From Wallemia ichthyophaga EXF-994 (lineage: Eukaryota > Fungi > Basidiomycota), in NCBI RefSeq assembly GCF_000400465.1, contig NW_008806285.1, forward strand, positions 20,001-268,000: a DNA stretch of 248,000 nt, written 5' to 3'. The position numbers and the translations under genes are program-made. Shown here piece after piece: positions 140,133 to 154,546 of this stretch (positions within the stretch are counted from its first letter, which is position 1; each line of letters opens with the position of its first letter). The notes under the pieces were generated by a model, which searched no databases, was not told the origin of the DNA, and worked only from the letters and a program-made list of their open reading frames with translations.

Positions 140133-143100
140133 ATGTCCAAAACGCCACCGAACATAGCTGTAATACCTAACGAGACGCCGAAAGCGAAAAAGAAGAACCC
140201 CATCAAGGCTATACGCTCTTTTGTGAGCAGGAACAACGCCGTGAAGCCAGAGAGCTTCAGACCACACGCCGACGAGATACCGTTTGCTTCTCTGCGAGTG
140301 CAAGTGCTTAATGCCAAAGATCTCGCAAGCAGAGACCGCAATGGACTGAGTGATCCGTTCATTGATATCAACTACGGCCTACTGCGCTTATCTACACCCT
140401 GCGTCAAGAAAACTGTAAATCCTTCATGGGATTCGAATGACGCGACGTTCGACATTAGTCTTTATAGATCTACAGTAGCAGATATTCTCCAGCTCGAATT
140501 CGTCTTGTGGGATAAGGATACTTTCGGCAAGGACTACCTTGGAGAATGCTGTGTCTATCTCGATGACTGGTTCCCAAAATTATATCCAAATCTCTCTACT
140601 AGAGCTGTTGAGTGGTCTGACCATCAGAATAATGTGCGTCGTCGGCTCTTTTCGGCGAACATTCATCCGTCGCTCCGGGTTTTGCTCTTTTACTAACTAA
140701 TGGCGTAGGTGCGCACCCTCAGTATCGAGTCGGCGAGGAAACACAACAGCGTCAGTGGCGTCCTCAATGTCAGATTCGGTCTCATTCAACACGTCGCATC
140801 CCCCGTTGTCGATTTGGCGAGTGAATTTGAGGATATTCTCGCGAAAGTTCGCAAATCTGTTGATTGCGGTTTATTGTCCGCTCCTCCTGTGGGTATTTTG
140901 GTGGTGTATGTACATGATGATGCTCACCTAAATGCAACACACAGGTCGCTTCAATAGGCACTCGTCTCATCAGCTCCAATTCCCTCTCGCAGCAAGTGAG
141001 CAACGACTCAACGCGCACCGTTGTCGCCTCAGGTTCAGGTAGCGAAGATATCCCATCTTATGCCCTCACCAGATCTACAACTGGAGGGAACGATAGCATC
141101 GGTGACGAGTCGGACACTTTCGACGATTCTGATGTAGATATAACTATATCAGACGTCGAAGGCGATGAAGTGGAAAATGATGCCGAAGAGGTTAGGCACG
141201 CTGACGAGTCAAACGTACCCACACCGACAGTCGGGAAAAGTGAAACAGAATCATTCATAAAGGGGATCGAGTCGAGAAGAAGTGAATCACAACCAGAGCA
141301 CAGAACATCTTCAACCCTCTCCCCGAGAGATATACCACCATTTAGAAAAAAGTCATCCAAGCTTAAACGCATGATAACACCGTTATCATCGAGACAAAAT
141401 AGCAGAGAAAGTATACCACTCGCCATCACACCACAGGGTGATATATCTGAACCTAATCTTTCTTCGCATTCGCCTATGTCTCTCAAATCTAAAAGAAGAA
141501 GGCCGAAGAAAGCGAGATCGAGTAGACCAAAAACTGGCGGGTTCAACTTGTACTCGGAAGATGCTTCCAATGTACTTGGTGTTGTGCTGTTAGAAGTCCG
141601 TCACGGTGAGGATTTGCCGAGAATGAAAAACTTGACTAGAACTGGATGGGATATGGACCCATTCGTCGTCATCAGTTTTGGCAAGAAGATATTTAGGACT
141701 AGGGTTATTCGGCACTCTCTAAACCCTACTTGGGACGAGCAGCTCTATTTCCATGTGCGTAACGGTGAAAGCAAATTTAATGTTGACTTCTCCGTCTTGG
141801 ATTGGGATAAACTCAGTGCGAACGATCATGTCGGAGAAGCTTCACTACCGCTCCAGGAACTAATATACAAAGCACCAAAAGCAGACGCCAGTACTGGATT
141901 GTTCAATACAGATGACTATGACGCGCATGGAATGGAGGATTACAAGCTAGATCTCAAGATAGATGAGAATTGGGAAGAAAAGCACCGACCAAATATACTC
142001 ATCAAAGCCAAATACCTGCCATACGCAGCGCTCAGACAAAGATTTTGGAGATCATACCTCGACCAATACGATACCGATGATACAGGAGCAATTGCACGTG
142101 TGGAGCTGACGATGATGCTTGACTCGCTTGGCTCGACACTCACATCACTCACTATCGACTCTTTCTTCACCAGATGGGACAAGGACCCGCGCAGTGACGA
142201 GCTTAGCTACGACCAGATCATACAGGTACTGGAGAATGAAACAAACAAACCAATTAACGAGAGGAGGTCACTTGATGCAGATGCTGACGAGACTGATGCT
142301 TCGGTGTCACCTGGCCCAACCACTCCAGCAGCATTGACGGCGTGCACTAACAGCAATGAAGCTCCTCTCGAATATACCGGACCTCTCGCGCGCCCGCCAA
142401 ATAACTCTCCTGATACCGTCGAAGAAAATAAGCGGGCATCTAAAGTAAAGAATGAAGGCGCGGGTAATGAGACTGATCCCTTGATTAGTGAAGAAACATC
142501 AAAGCTTAAAATTTCGACTGAATTTATCGACAGTTCAAAACTCTCCCCTCAAGGTGATTTCATGTCTTCGTCGTCGAGTATTTCTGGATACGATGCTAGC
142601 GATTTGGAAGATTCCACCGAGATTGAAAGAGATACTGCGAGCGACTACAGCAAGATGAAGTTAAGGATGGATGAGAGCCAGCACGAGAAAATTATTAACA
142701 TCAAAGTCTGCCCGCTCTGTCATAAGGGTAGATTGAACAGTAAAGCTGAAGTAGATATCGTTACACATCTGGCTATATGCGCGTCGACTGATTGGGGTAG
142801 ATTGAATAGAATAGCTGTGTCAAATTATGTCACGGCTTCTCAAGCTCAAAGGAAGTGGATTAGCAAGATCGCTTCAAAAATATCAACGGGATCTTACAAG
142901 CTAGGAGCTAATTCAGCAAATATACTTGTCCAAGATAGATTGTCAGGCAAGGTTCAAGAAGAGAAAATGCAGATATATGTGAGAATTGGTATTCGAATGC
143001 TTTACAAAGGAGCAAGATCAAAGATGGAAGGTAGTAGAGCTAGAAAATTACTCAAATCCATGTCAATAAAACAAGGTAAAAAGTATGATGACCCAGAATC

Positions 143101-143898
143101 AATTCGAGAGATACCCAACTTTATCCAATTCCATAATCTGCGAATGGACGAAGTGCTTGAGCCAGTCACAGCATTCAAAACATTTAACCAATTCTTTTAT
143201 AGAAAGTTGAAGGCTGATGCGAGGCCAGTAGAGAAACCAGAAGATGGATCGAGGTTGGTTAGTGCAGCTGACTGTAGAATGGTTGTGTTTGATGACTTTG
143301 ATGTTGCAACCAAGGTCTGGATAAAGGGTAGAGGATTTACAGTCGCCAAATTGCTCGGCGAGAAGGTATCTAAGGAGGATTGGTGTGCAGCACTGATTGA
143401 CAAGGAGCAATTGCCAAGTCTGTGTGTGTTCAGACTTGCTCCTCAAGACTATCACCGCTTTCACTCACCTGTTGATGGAGTTATGGGAGAGATTACGACG
143501 ATTGAGGGAGAATACTACACTGTCAACCCACAAGCTGTGAGATCGTCGATTTCTGTCTTTTCTGATAATGTGAGTGATGAAATTGAGTGGTTTAAAGCGG
143601 CTAATCACATACACAGGTACGCGTAATTGTGCCAATTCATACGGAACGCTACGGGACTGTAGTGGCAGTCTGTATCGGAGCCATGATGGTAGGTTCAACG
143701 ATACTGACGAAAAAGGAGGGCGAGAGAGTGAACAGAGGTGAAGAATTTGGATACTTTGCTTTCGGAGGATCGACAATTGTGTGCCTCTTTCCGTCAGGAG
143801 TTGTTTCATGGGATGATGACGTCAAGGAGAACAGCAGCGCAGCTATCGAAACGCTGGTGCGAGTTGGTATGGGTATTGGTTCGTTGAATGAACATTAG
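140133..143898 (+). CDS. PSD2: Phosphatidylserine decarboxylase 2 (C2 domains)
   Basis: C2 domains, FRLAPQDYHRFH, FGGST. Confidence 0.94.
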
Positions 143899-144119
143899 TT
143901 GTACAATCATTCACAGAGATATTTGAGTGGATTTGAGTGAATGAAAAATGGCACGCAAAATTACAGCGGATGATTGAGTAAAAGGGATGTAAGAAAGTAA
144001 TCGGAGTAATTGAATGTGATTAAATAAACAAAGACTCGTTGACGGAATTTATAAATTTACTTCTTCGTGTCCACTGTAAGCTTCTTGAAACGCAACGTCA
144101 GTGTCTGCAGACGATCTCG

Positions 144120-146084
144120 ATGGCTTTAAATTACCAACAGCTGGGGGAACGTCCGCAGGATATTCAGCAGTTGCAACAAGCCCAAGCTAGACGTTCTCCT
144201 CGTATGGCTGCTGCATTGCTTCAACAGAGGCGAAGTGCCGCTATGGGTCAGCCGACGCCGACTCCGAGTTTGGGGATAAATGCGTTTGAAGGGGGCAATA
144301 ATTCACCTGGCAGCTTCGATTGGAATCCTCAAATTCAATTTGGTACGTCTATTCACTCTTGTTTACTTGAAATTCCGGTGCTGATCTGATAATTTACAAG
144401 ACCCAAATCGCGAGCAGCAAATGCAGCAGCAGCGTCTAGCACAGTATCAACTTCAGCAGCATTTCTTGCAACAGCAGCAAATGCAGCAGCTTCAGAAGCA
144501 GCAGATGGCTCTCCACCAGCACCAGCAACAGCAACAGCATCATTATCAGCAGCAACAACAGCAACAACAGCAACAACAACAGCAGCAGATGCACTTTAAT
144601 AGCATGCAGCAGCAGCGTCCGTCACCTATAATAGGTCACTACCCACAGAGGCCATCGACCAGTGACGGCATGGGCCAATTAAATGACACTCAAGCAAACG
144701 CTGCTATGAATGGTATTGGCGGTATTAATAGCATGAGCGCTGCATCGGATGCACTTAATTTACAGTTGAACGGCAGTCAGCATCCTTCCCCGGCTCATCC
144801 GCCTAAAGCTATTCCTACGCCACAGCCAATGTCTACACCACAGCCCGTCCCAACGCCTCCTCATTCTATAGGCACTCCTCAACCACAGACGCGTCCACAC
144901 TCACTACCTCACCCTCAACTACATCATCCAAACGCTCAGGTACATCCCTACTCAGCTCAGATTCAGGCTTTGCAAGCTGCGCAGGCTGCACAGGTATCTC
145001 AGCATGCCCAGGCTCAACAACAGCAACTCCAGCAACAGCAAATACATCCACAACATCCACATCAACATTCAATACGGCCACCAATGGGAAACATGCCTGA
145101 GGGTATACCGCCGCAATTAGCGTGAGTTCAGAAGTCTGGTGAGCTCAATGGACTGACGTATTCAATCGCAGTAGAATGCCAAACCATTCAGCAGCAGTAG
145201 CAGCAGCAGCAGCAGCCCCACGTGCACACGCTGGTACACTCAGATTGTTACAGTATATCGAACACTTCAGGCGACACATAAGCCTAGTGCATGGAGGGAA
145301 TAACCAGCACAAGGGAATGGGGGAGCAGCTGAGTGCAACGCAATGGCAAAACTTTGTACAGGAGTTCTTTATGCCATCCGCGATGCTCAGACTTAACTTC
145401 AAGAAGCTTGACGGAGGATATATGAATCAGAACCCACAAGATATGAGACAGACACGACATTTCGACCTACCATTTACGACACTACCGAGATATCATGCAG
145501 CATGGTCGCACAGCCAAGTAGCGGGGATAACAATGTCAACACCGGGTGCGCATGAGAGTGTTTATCACACATCGGGACCGACAGCTCAAGGGTTAAGAGG
145601 ACCAAACGGAGAAATTTTGCCCTCTTCAATGACGACAATAGCTACACACCTCGTACAAGCACCACGAGCGATGGTGTTGTACACATTCTCTAATGGAACA
145701 TCAATTAGAATGATAGGACACTTGCGAGCTGCGCTGACGGCATCATTACCACCACAAAACGGAGGCGGTCAACACGCACTAAAGTTTGAAACGCTAGAAT
145801 TTGACGTAGAAGCGTGCATAGAATCATTAGACAGATCGGCAATACAGTACAGAGCTGGAGATGATATACCGAAGCTGCCGGAGTGCGTGGTGAACGACTA
145901 CGGGCTTCCAGTGAGCGTGATGAAGTGCTTGGAAATCGTAGAATCTGTGGTGCAGATGCAAGATGTAATGAATTTCAGTCTGAGGAATAACTGTGGACCA
146001 GCGGAGGCGTTGAAGGAAATAAACAAAATCAAAGATACCAATTTGAAGAAAAGAAAGCTTGAAGCTGGACAAAGCCCTTTATGA
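144120..146084 (+). CDS. Poly-Q LIM-binding domain transcription regulator (Mfg1-like)
   Basis: Poly-Q; WQNFVQEFF, YGLPVSVMKCLEI..SVVQM. Confidence 0.7.
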
Positions 146085-146176
146085 GATTATAAATTTTGTA
146101 GTTATAAATTTATATGTTGTATTCCTGCGATACACGCAAACGCTGACGCCGACGATCAACAGCACAATAGACTAAG

Positions 146177-147959
146177 ATGGCGAGCGAGCTTAACCAGGAG
146201 ATTGAATACGTTCCACCACCCTACTATAATGAACAAAACTACGGTATGTTGATAGTACCGCCGTTTCACGCGTTTCCCGTCTCACTCCAACAAAGCATAC
146301 GAATACGATCCGAACGATATAAATATTGGACATTTATCGGTAAATGAGAATGTACAGCGAGCTCATTCACCAGCCTTGAACGGTTATACCAATCCAGACG
146401 CTGCGTCCATGTACTCGCAGAGCTCAGATCCACGTCTATCCCAGGGCGCTTTTCCCGCTTCGTTTAACCCCATGTTCGTAGCTAGGCCACCGGAGCCTGA
146501 GTCTGCTGCCGATGACGGCAGGTCTATAAGGTCTTTCGATACAGCTTCAGTGAATAACCAGTTGCCCGTCGCGAACGCACCAATGGTGCCAAACTTTTAT
146601 GCAGGTGCTGCGCCTCAAATGATGCCTTACAGCGGCTATCCTCCCTTTTATTCAAATCCTGATAATGTTTATACCTCCCCTCATCCGCAGATGTACTCGT
146701 CGATACCACCTGGATACAACATTCCTCCCCCGCCACCAATGCAGACTAGCCAGAACAGGTCAAAGACGTCGTTGAGCAGTCTAAGGACTCCTACGCTACC
146801 TACGAGGCAGCCAAAAACTCAAGTTAAGAATGAAATGCCTTACAATCGGGCCTTTGTCGATGATTACAGGACTAGAGTTAAGGGCGATCCTGATCCAGAG
146901 GCTCAGTTTGCTTATGCGAGATATTTAATTACTGCTGCTAAAAAGATTTACACGGACGAATCTCCAGCAAACCCCAAATCTGCTCATAAATACAGAGACT
147001 CGTTACTCGCAGAGTCCATCAAGGTTACAAAAAAACTAGCGACTCAACTAAAGCCAGGTTATGTCGAGGCTCAGTTCTTTCTTGCAAATTGCTTGGGTTC
147101 GGGGTCTTTAGGTTTGCAGACAGATCAGCAGAAGGCATATGATCTATATATAACTGCCGCCAAGAGGAACCACGGACCATCGACATACAGAGCTGCTGTG
147201 TGTAATGAACTAGGTGTTGGTACTAAGAAGGATGTAGCAAGGAGCTGTGAACTATACAGAAAAGCTGCGACTCTGGGTGAGACTGCCGCAATGTACAAAA
147301 TCGGTGTTATACTACTTAATGGGTTGTTGGGAGTGAATAGGAATGCAAAGGATGCTATTATTTGGTTCAACAGGGCTGCTCAGCAGGCTGACGAGGAAAA
147401 CCCACACGCCTTGCATGAATTAGCTTTGTTATATGAACATCCAGTTGCTGGTGCTTTGGTGCAAGATGATAATGTGGCATTTGATCTGTTCAGTCAAGCT
147501 GCACAGTATGGCTATGCACCAAGTCAGTTCAAGCTGGGTACTGCGTATGAGTACGGTAACTTGACATGCCCCGTTGATCCAAGAAGGTCGATTGCGTGGT
147601 ACACACGCGCTGCTGAAAAGGGCCATTCTGAAGCGGAGCTCGCGCTATCTGGTTGGTATTTGACGGGCTCTGAGGGTGTTCTCAAACAATCGGATGCTGA
147701 AGCTTTCCTTTGGGCCAGAAGAGCAGCCAATCAAGGACAAGCTAAGGCTGAGTATGCTGTTGGATACTACTCTGAAGTTGGCATTGGAGTGAAGCAGGAC
147801 TTAGAGTTGGCTAAGAAGTGGTACTTGAGAGCTTCACAGAAAGGCAATCAAAGAGCGTCACAAAGAATAGCTGAACTGAAGAGATTAGGAAATCAACGCA
147901 AAAATGGTAATAGACCTACACGCCAGCAAGCTAGAGATGAAGGATGCATAATAACGTAA
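146177..147959 (+). CDS. Sel1-repeat chitin synthase activator Chs4/Skt5
   Basis: Sel1 repeats, ALSGWYLTG, CaaX end CIIT. Confidence 0.88.
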
Positions 147960-148161
147960 TACAAGTTTCTTTACAATCATCGCAATACAAGTACAAGTAC
148001 ATTCAACATTAATACTCACATAGTCACTACATGACTTCATCACAATCATCATAGTCATTATTAAGCTAAGCTCAGCTCAGCTGCTCGTCATTCGTTTTTG
148101 CTTCTTGGATAACATTTCTCATAGAGTGTTTGTACAACTATAAGTCATTCATAAAAGATGT

Positions 148162-148815
148162 TCAAACCTTCTCAGCAGCCCAGACGCCAAACTTGCAAGC
148201 AGAACCTATAGCAGCGCTGAGGAGGGCGTGTGCTGGAGCCTGCTGTGCGCCGTGGTCAACGGCGGTGTCTAGGTGTTCGAGCTCATCATCTCTGAACTGC
148301 TCACACGTCTCCCTAAGCTTGACAAGATCTGGATGGAGATGCTCGAACTTTTTGAGCTGAATAATTTGACTGTGCGAGTGATTATGAGTTGTGATATCAT
148401 CGACTGGCAGGCACACTCACTCATCATAGTGCTCACCGATAACAGTCTCAACAGCCTCCGTGCAAGCCATAGCAGACTCCTTTCCCATGGCCGTTGTAGA
148501 CGCGCCCATAAACCAACCAGCAGCAACCCAAACAGGTGACAACATGGTCGGCCGCACCTGGAAATTCTCGAGAAGCTGGTTGAATGTTTTCAAGTGATGT
148601 TTCTCCTGATCCCACATGTTTTGTACTAGCTCAATTTCGCCTGCTCGCTCTACGCCGCCCTTCTTGGTGGCGTACATCTGCCCTGCATAGATCCAATTCG
148701 CACCGAGCTCGCCAGCGTGGTCGACGCGTATCAATCTGTCTATAACGTCTCTTTGAGAGGCAGATAAATTAATATTTTTGTACGTATTCAATAGCCTCAG
148801 CGAGCTTCTTAGCAT
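148162..148815 (-). CDS. COQ7: Ubiquinone hydroxylase Coq7
   Basis: IRVDHAGELGA, ACTEAVETVIGEHY, DELEH. Confidence 0.94.
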
Positions 148816-148827
148816 TGTGCAGTGAGG

Positions 148828-149939
148828 ATGGTACGGAAGAGAGACTCGATAAAGAATAAAGTGAAGGAAGTTTTTAGCCCGTCTCCAACGCAAGAGCCAG
148901 TGGAGCACGCTGTAGACGACTCGCTCGAAGATGACTTATTTGCACAGCTCGATGCGAAGGAAGCTGAGCAGACATCGAATACGCCTTCTAAGACGCCTTC
149001 TCAGACGCACTCGATGAGGGAAGTTGAGGCTGAGGCTGAGGCTGAGCAGAAGAAGTCCCGCAAAGCCAGACGTGAAGTGGGTTTTTATGGCGTAACGAGC
149101 CATACAAACTGACTCTAGTTAAGGAGAAGCGTCTACTTGAAGAGGAATCTATTAGGCAGGCTGCTTTCGCAGAAGCTAACCTCCCTGAGAATGAGAAATT
149201 GGCTAAGGAAGCTACCGAGGAGGAGAAAATTATCATCGATATCTGCAACAAACACGCTCGGAAGATGCACGAAATCTCACCAGATGGTCACTGTCTCTAT
149301 GCCGCTATCGCTGATCAGGTCACCTGCGATAGTTTGCTCGAGTATTCTCCGCAGTTTCAGGTGGGCGTGGTGTTGATGTTGTTGGAACACTGTCTGACAT
149401 ACACATACAGGCTACTTACCAGGATATGAGGAGTACAGCCGCAAATTACCTCAGAGAACACGCAGATGACTTTATGCCTTTCCTTACAACTGCTAATCTT
149501 ACACCCGCTGATGGAGCTGACTCAGATGGTCATGAGGCTGAAGGTACACCGATGGATATTGCGCAGTTTAACAAGTATTGCGAGATTGTAGAGAATACCG
149601 GTGAATGGGGTGGTCATATTGAGGTTCGTTGCCTTGTCTTCTCACCAGTATATTCGCAACTTACAAAATTTGCAAAGCTACTCGCTATCAGTAGAGCTAT
149701 CAACAAACCTATACACGTCGTACAGCGGTCACATCACAATGTCATCCTCATCGGTGGTCGTGAGGGTGAATTCGAGCACAATCCAGAAGGCGTAGATGGT
149801 ATTTGGCTGAGTTTCCACACGCGTATGTATGGATTAGGAGAGGTGGGTAAAGCCTGTTTGATATGTGCCTGCTAACGTCAATGTGCCCGTCATGCAGCAT
149901 TACAACTCGTTGAGAAGGAAAGAAGACACAACGTCTTAG
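148828..149939 (+). CDS. OTU deubiquitinase (Otu2/OTUD6-like)
   Basis: PDGHCLYAAIADQ, EWGGHIE, GEHYNS. Confidence 0.88.
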
Positions 149940-150002
149940 CTCGCAGCAGTATTGCTGTAAGATGCGGCTAATTGGCAATCGCTAATCGCCAACATTAGCG
150001 GA

Positions 150003-152409
150003 ATGAGAATGATACTTGTAAATAGCCTCGATAAACGACATCGTGTACTCAAGCTGTCCTGGATTTACCACAATTCAGGCATACGGATCGTAAGCACTGT
150101 GTGTTTTGCTAGCAGATATTTCGCTCGCCCGCTATCTCCTCCCATCTCCCTTGCACCAGTTCTGCCACCATCATCGGCAACGAATAGCGATGAAGAGAAA
150201 TATCCCGAACGAGCAGTACGGATATCAGCGCAAGTGGGTTACCTGTGTTGCAGACGTCGTGTGCACTGGCTGATAAACTACATTCGCAGACATCCGCGCT
150301 ACGCTTCCCAGGATCAGCATGGAAGGCGAGTAGATATGGTGACGACAGCAGATAGAACTGACGTAGACCGTGCAGTGGCTTCACAGAAGGCTACTCGCAC
150401 CAATCACCGCCAGCTGCAAGGCCACAAGAAGGCTACCGTAGTCCTGATCATACCATGTATAAAAGACATAAAGCCAGTCAGAATCACAAGGACAATTATA
150501 GATGGCAGAAAGACTACGAGGATTACCATCGTAGCGGCAGAAACATTGACTATGGCAAAAGCTATGGCAAGAACCACAGCAGCTATAGCAACAGGTATAA
150601 CGGAAACAACATGAATGATCAGAAGAATCTTAACGACTATGCTAACGCCATGAATCCTAACAATAAGTACAACCCGAGTAGCCCGAGGAAAAACCAATCT
150701 AAGAATAAGACTAAAAAGAAGAAGCCCAATAATAACAACAGCAACAACATACCACCGCAGAGTCGAAACTTAACGCCCAGCAGTCACATTGATAGACCAG
150801 ACTTTGAGCACAGGAGCATGCAGCCATTTGATGGCGATCCAATCGATAGGCACATCGATAATGTGATGCGAGGGGCTGGTGGAGGTGATAGAAGGTCCTC
150901 CTACGGCTCTTTTTCTCATTCAAAGTACTCTCACAATGGACCCCAGCCTTCGACAAGCAGGGAAATTTTACACCCTCCAACCAAGGGGACAGTGATAGAA
151001 GGAGGTAAGCATAATGACATCTTTGAATTCCGCTCTGATCGCTTCTGCAGCTAGAAATCGTTGGGTAGAGAATCAGCTCAAAGCCCAAGCTCAAACGCAG
151101 TCAGAAACACACCAGCAACCTCCCTCATCAAAGCCTCTATATCCAATACCGCCACCGCCATTGCCAAGTAAGCCACCTCCACCGCCAAAAGCTAGAAATC
151201 TGTCTCCGAAGAATCTTCCCTCTCCCAAGGAAGAAGACGTAGGCCCTATAGTACTTGGCTGGCATAATTTACCACGCTTCGACTTAAAGGAAGTCGATGA
151301 AAGCGCGTTCCAAGTGCCTGATAACATCACTGACTTCTACGACCGTCTGTGCCAAGTCGGTGAAGGCACGTACGGCAAGGTGTACAAAGCGAGGAACAAG
151401 GTGTCGAAGCTACACGTAGCTCTTAAAAGAATCAGGATGGAACAGGAGAGGGACGGTTTCCCAGTCACTGCTTTGAGAGAAATCAAGCTGCTGCAGCAGT
151501 CACATCATGACAACATTGTTAGGTTGCACGAGATGCTAGTGTCAAATGGTATGTACTGGTTTGACTCTTCTGTCCCGGTTGACGCTCTGCACAGGCTCAG
151601 TCTATATGGTGTTTGAGTACATGGAGAATGACCTCACAGGCTTGCTGCAGCATGGCCCACATCTCTTCCAATTGCAGCACAAAAAGTCGCTCTGCCAGCA
151701 AATGCTGGCTGGCTTGTCTTATCTCCATTACCGGGGAATCTTGCACAGGGACATGAAAGGCTCGAATATCCTGATATCGAACAAAGGTGTACTCAAGTTG
151801 GCCGACTTTGGTCTCGCTAGATTCTTTCACAAGCACCGCAAGGCGGACTACACCAACAGAGTGATAACTATCTGGTACAGGCCGCCTGAATTACTGCTTG
151901 GTGCTACGAGCTATGGTCCGGAAGTCGATATGTGGAGTGCTGGGTGCATAATGCTCGAGATCTACACCACGAAACCCGTCTTCCAAGGTGATAACGAGCT
152001 ACACCAGCTAGAGATTGTATTCAAAATGCTGGGCGCACCATCTCATCAGGACTGGCCAGGGTTTTCCAGCCTCCCGTGGTACGAATTGGTGCGACCAACA
152101 GGCAAGCACTCGTCTGAGCGGTTCAGGGAGACCTTCAAGAGATGGCTGACACCAGCAGGCTTAGAGCTCGCCCAAGCACTGCTGACATTTAATCCGCAGA
152201 AGAGGCTGTCGGCGAAAGATGCTCTGCAGCTGCCATTCTTCAAGTCGGAGGAACCGCTTCCAGAGCTCCCCAGCCATCTCGGCGAACTTCAAGGCGAGTG
152301 GCATGAGTTTGAGGCCAAGAGAGAGAAAGCACAGGCTAGACTGAAAGCTAAAGAGATGGAGAGCAAGGAGGGAACTGAAGGAGAGACAGCTAGAGAAAAT
152401 AGTGCATAG
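150003..152409 (+). CDS. CTK1: CTD kinase Ctk1/CDK12-like
   Basis: GEGTYGKV, DGFPVTALREIK, YTNRVITIWYRPPE; start approximate. Confidence 0.88.
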
Positions 152410-152442
152410 TGTTTAAATTATGATGTAAATTACATGAAACGT

Positions 152443-152922
152443 TTATGATACTGTCTTCTTTACTTTGTCGAGCATGGTTTCCATCCTTGCGCCCATTTTT
152501 GGCTGATTGTTGTGGTTTTTCGAGTGCTGGTCTCTCCTTCTCTGGCGATGTGACGGTGCTTCTTTCTTTTGAGGCTGAGTTTGTGGCTGTGGTTGCTTTT
152601 GCTGAGGGTTATCGCTTCGCTTTATCGATCCTTCCGGCTTATCCCTTTCGCTCCTTCTCGCCTTCTTGGGTATCTCAGGCAGCTGTTGGGCTGGTTGGCC
152701 CTCCTTTTTCAGCATGTTGGCATACTCCTTCTTCACTTTGGCTTTCTGAATCAGCTGCTCTTTGATCTTGGAAGCTGTAGGTGGTGTTAGAGTGTCTGGA
152801 TCGTAGAGCTCAATCGCTCTCAACCCACCTTTGCCTGTATACGCTCCCTTGCCTGCCCTTCTGGCTACCGAGAATCCCTTTCTGTCCTGCATTGGTTGGC
152901 CTTTGCTCTTCGTTTCCACCAT
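152443..152922 (-). CDS. rRNA-processing protein Fyv7-like
   Basis: KIKEQLIQKAKVKKEY...KMGARMETMLDKV. Confidence 0.65.
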   Translation of the reverse strand: MVETKSKGQPMQDRKGFSVARRAGKGAYTGKGGLRAIELYDPDTLTPPTASKIKEQLIQKAKVKKEYANMLKKEGQPAQQLPEIPKKARRSERDKPEGSIKRSDNPQQKQPQPQTQPQKKEAPSHRQRRRDQHSKNHNNQPKMGARMETMLDKVKKTVS

Positions 152923-153079
152923 GGCCGCTGCGATAAGAGAAGGCATTTGTCGAATAGTTGCTAGATGTAGCACTGTTGCATTATGTGCTGCCATTATCAT
153001 CGATTTATTCAGCCATTCCCCATCTTTGTTGTTGCCTCTCAGTTGTAAATTGCTGTGTAGTGGATTATTCAAAGACATT

Positions 153080-153950
153080 CATACACAATTTAAGTCCATT
153101 AATGAGTGCTTTCATATATTAATTGAGCTATTCCTCCCGTTGCACTCAGAAAAAGGTCAAACTGTGACTTGTCTCTACATATCTGATGACTTCAAATATG
153201 TTTATGGGATTACAGGGCAGTTTGAAAAGTTGATTAAGTATTATCGGATACTTAAAACTGTGTAAACCATTCGAAAGAATTGGTTTTGCTCGAGTCACCC
153301 CGCAAATGACCAAGTTATTGAGAAGATGAACGTAGAGATACCATATGCTGACAATTTGAACAAACTAGCAACACTTGCATTTTAACATCATTTTCAGCAT
153401 TCCGAATACATCCCCATATCAACCACCCGCTCAATATCAATCGAGTTGAATGTTATTGCTACCACCTATCTCATCTCCCATAGTGATTTACAAGTTTTGG
153501 TGATCTCCAAATAAAAAAGCTTGTCATATAGTTTTGAATGAGCCCTCTATGACATACCAGAATTGCTTCACCAAGCCTCCATTTGCACCCTGTAGGCTGT
153601 TCAGAAGTTGTGATCCGACATCGCTCTGTAGCACGGTCTAGGATAGAAATTTCGGATTTGACGCGCTTCATCAACAAAAAGTGACAATTCTAGCTGATTG
153701 AGACTGTAAGCACCCGAAATTCCAAGTATTCGGCCCTGTATACGTGAAAAACAGTTTAAGCTTAATGGCGTCTACAGGACTCAGAACTATGTCGAGAAAA
153801 AAGATATTGCTATTCCGCATCACTTCACTTTTGGAAGAGGAGATTTAGGTTAAGAAAAGGGGTGTATCAGCCCAGCTCTGAAATCGCGACTTTGGCTTCA
153901 GCTGGTGCATTTCGAGATTTCACTTAATGGGGGTGAAGGGGTGATTTAGA
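153080..153950 (+). repeat. Diverged ~0.9-kb dispersed repeat, copy 2
   Basis: tctctacatatctgatg, ccaaataaaaaagcttg and ctggtgcatttcgagat shared with the 168-kb copy. Confidence 0.85.
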
Positions 153951-154546
153951 CCGCATGTGAATCTTAGAATGCAGGATAATAGAAATTTCAAATTCAAAAC
154001 GCTTAGTTGTTACTCAATCACTACGCAAGGAGGCCATCATTGCCAGATTTGACATCGTCACGCTAATATGACGTACTTGAGGTGATCATGATCTATACGC
154101 AATTTGGTGTGAATAAATAGGAAATCCAGCTGAGTTACTTTATAATGTGGGGTTCTGTCGCTTGTTAACGGGGGCTCTTGGAAATTGTGTGAGATTTTCT
154201 TATGGGTGTGAGATGCTGAGCTGAACCCTCTCTGATGCTGCAAAGAAAAGGGGACATAGCATGCGAAGAGGTATAGCTTATGTGGCAATGTTGCAAACAG
154301 TCGACAAATTCATATATGGACTTGGCTTCGATGGAATGCTACATCACGTGAAGATTTGCAGAGCGCGGCGAGCGGCGAAGAAGTGGAAAAGTACAGCAGC
154401 ACAAGACGGTAACGAGAATCGATTCTCTACAGCAATTTTAGTTTCTGTTTAGAATTTTTATCTGCTTCCCCGATTTTAAGTTTTTTGGTGCGTGTCTCCT
154501 CACACACGCAATTATAAAAGACTGCGCAGATGCATCATGGTTCGTT

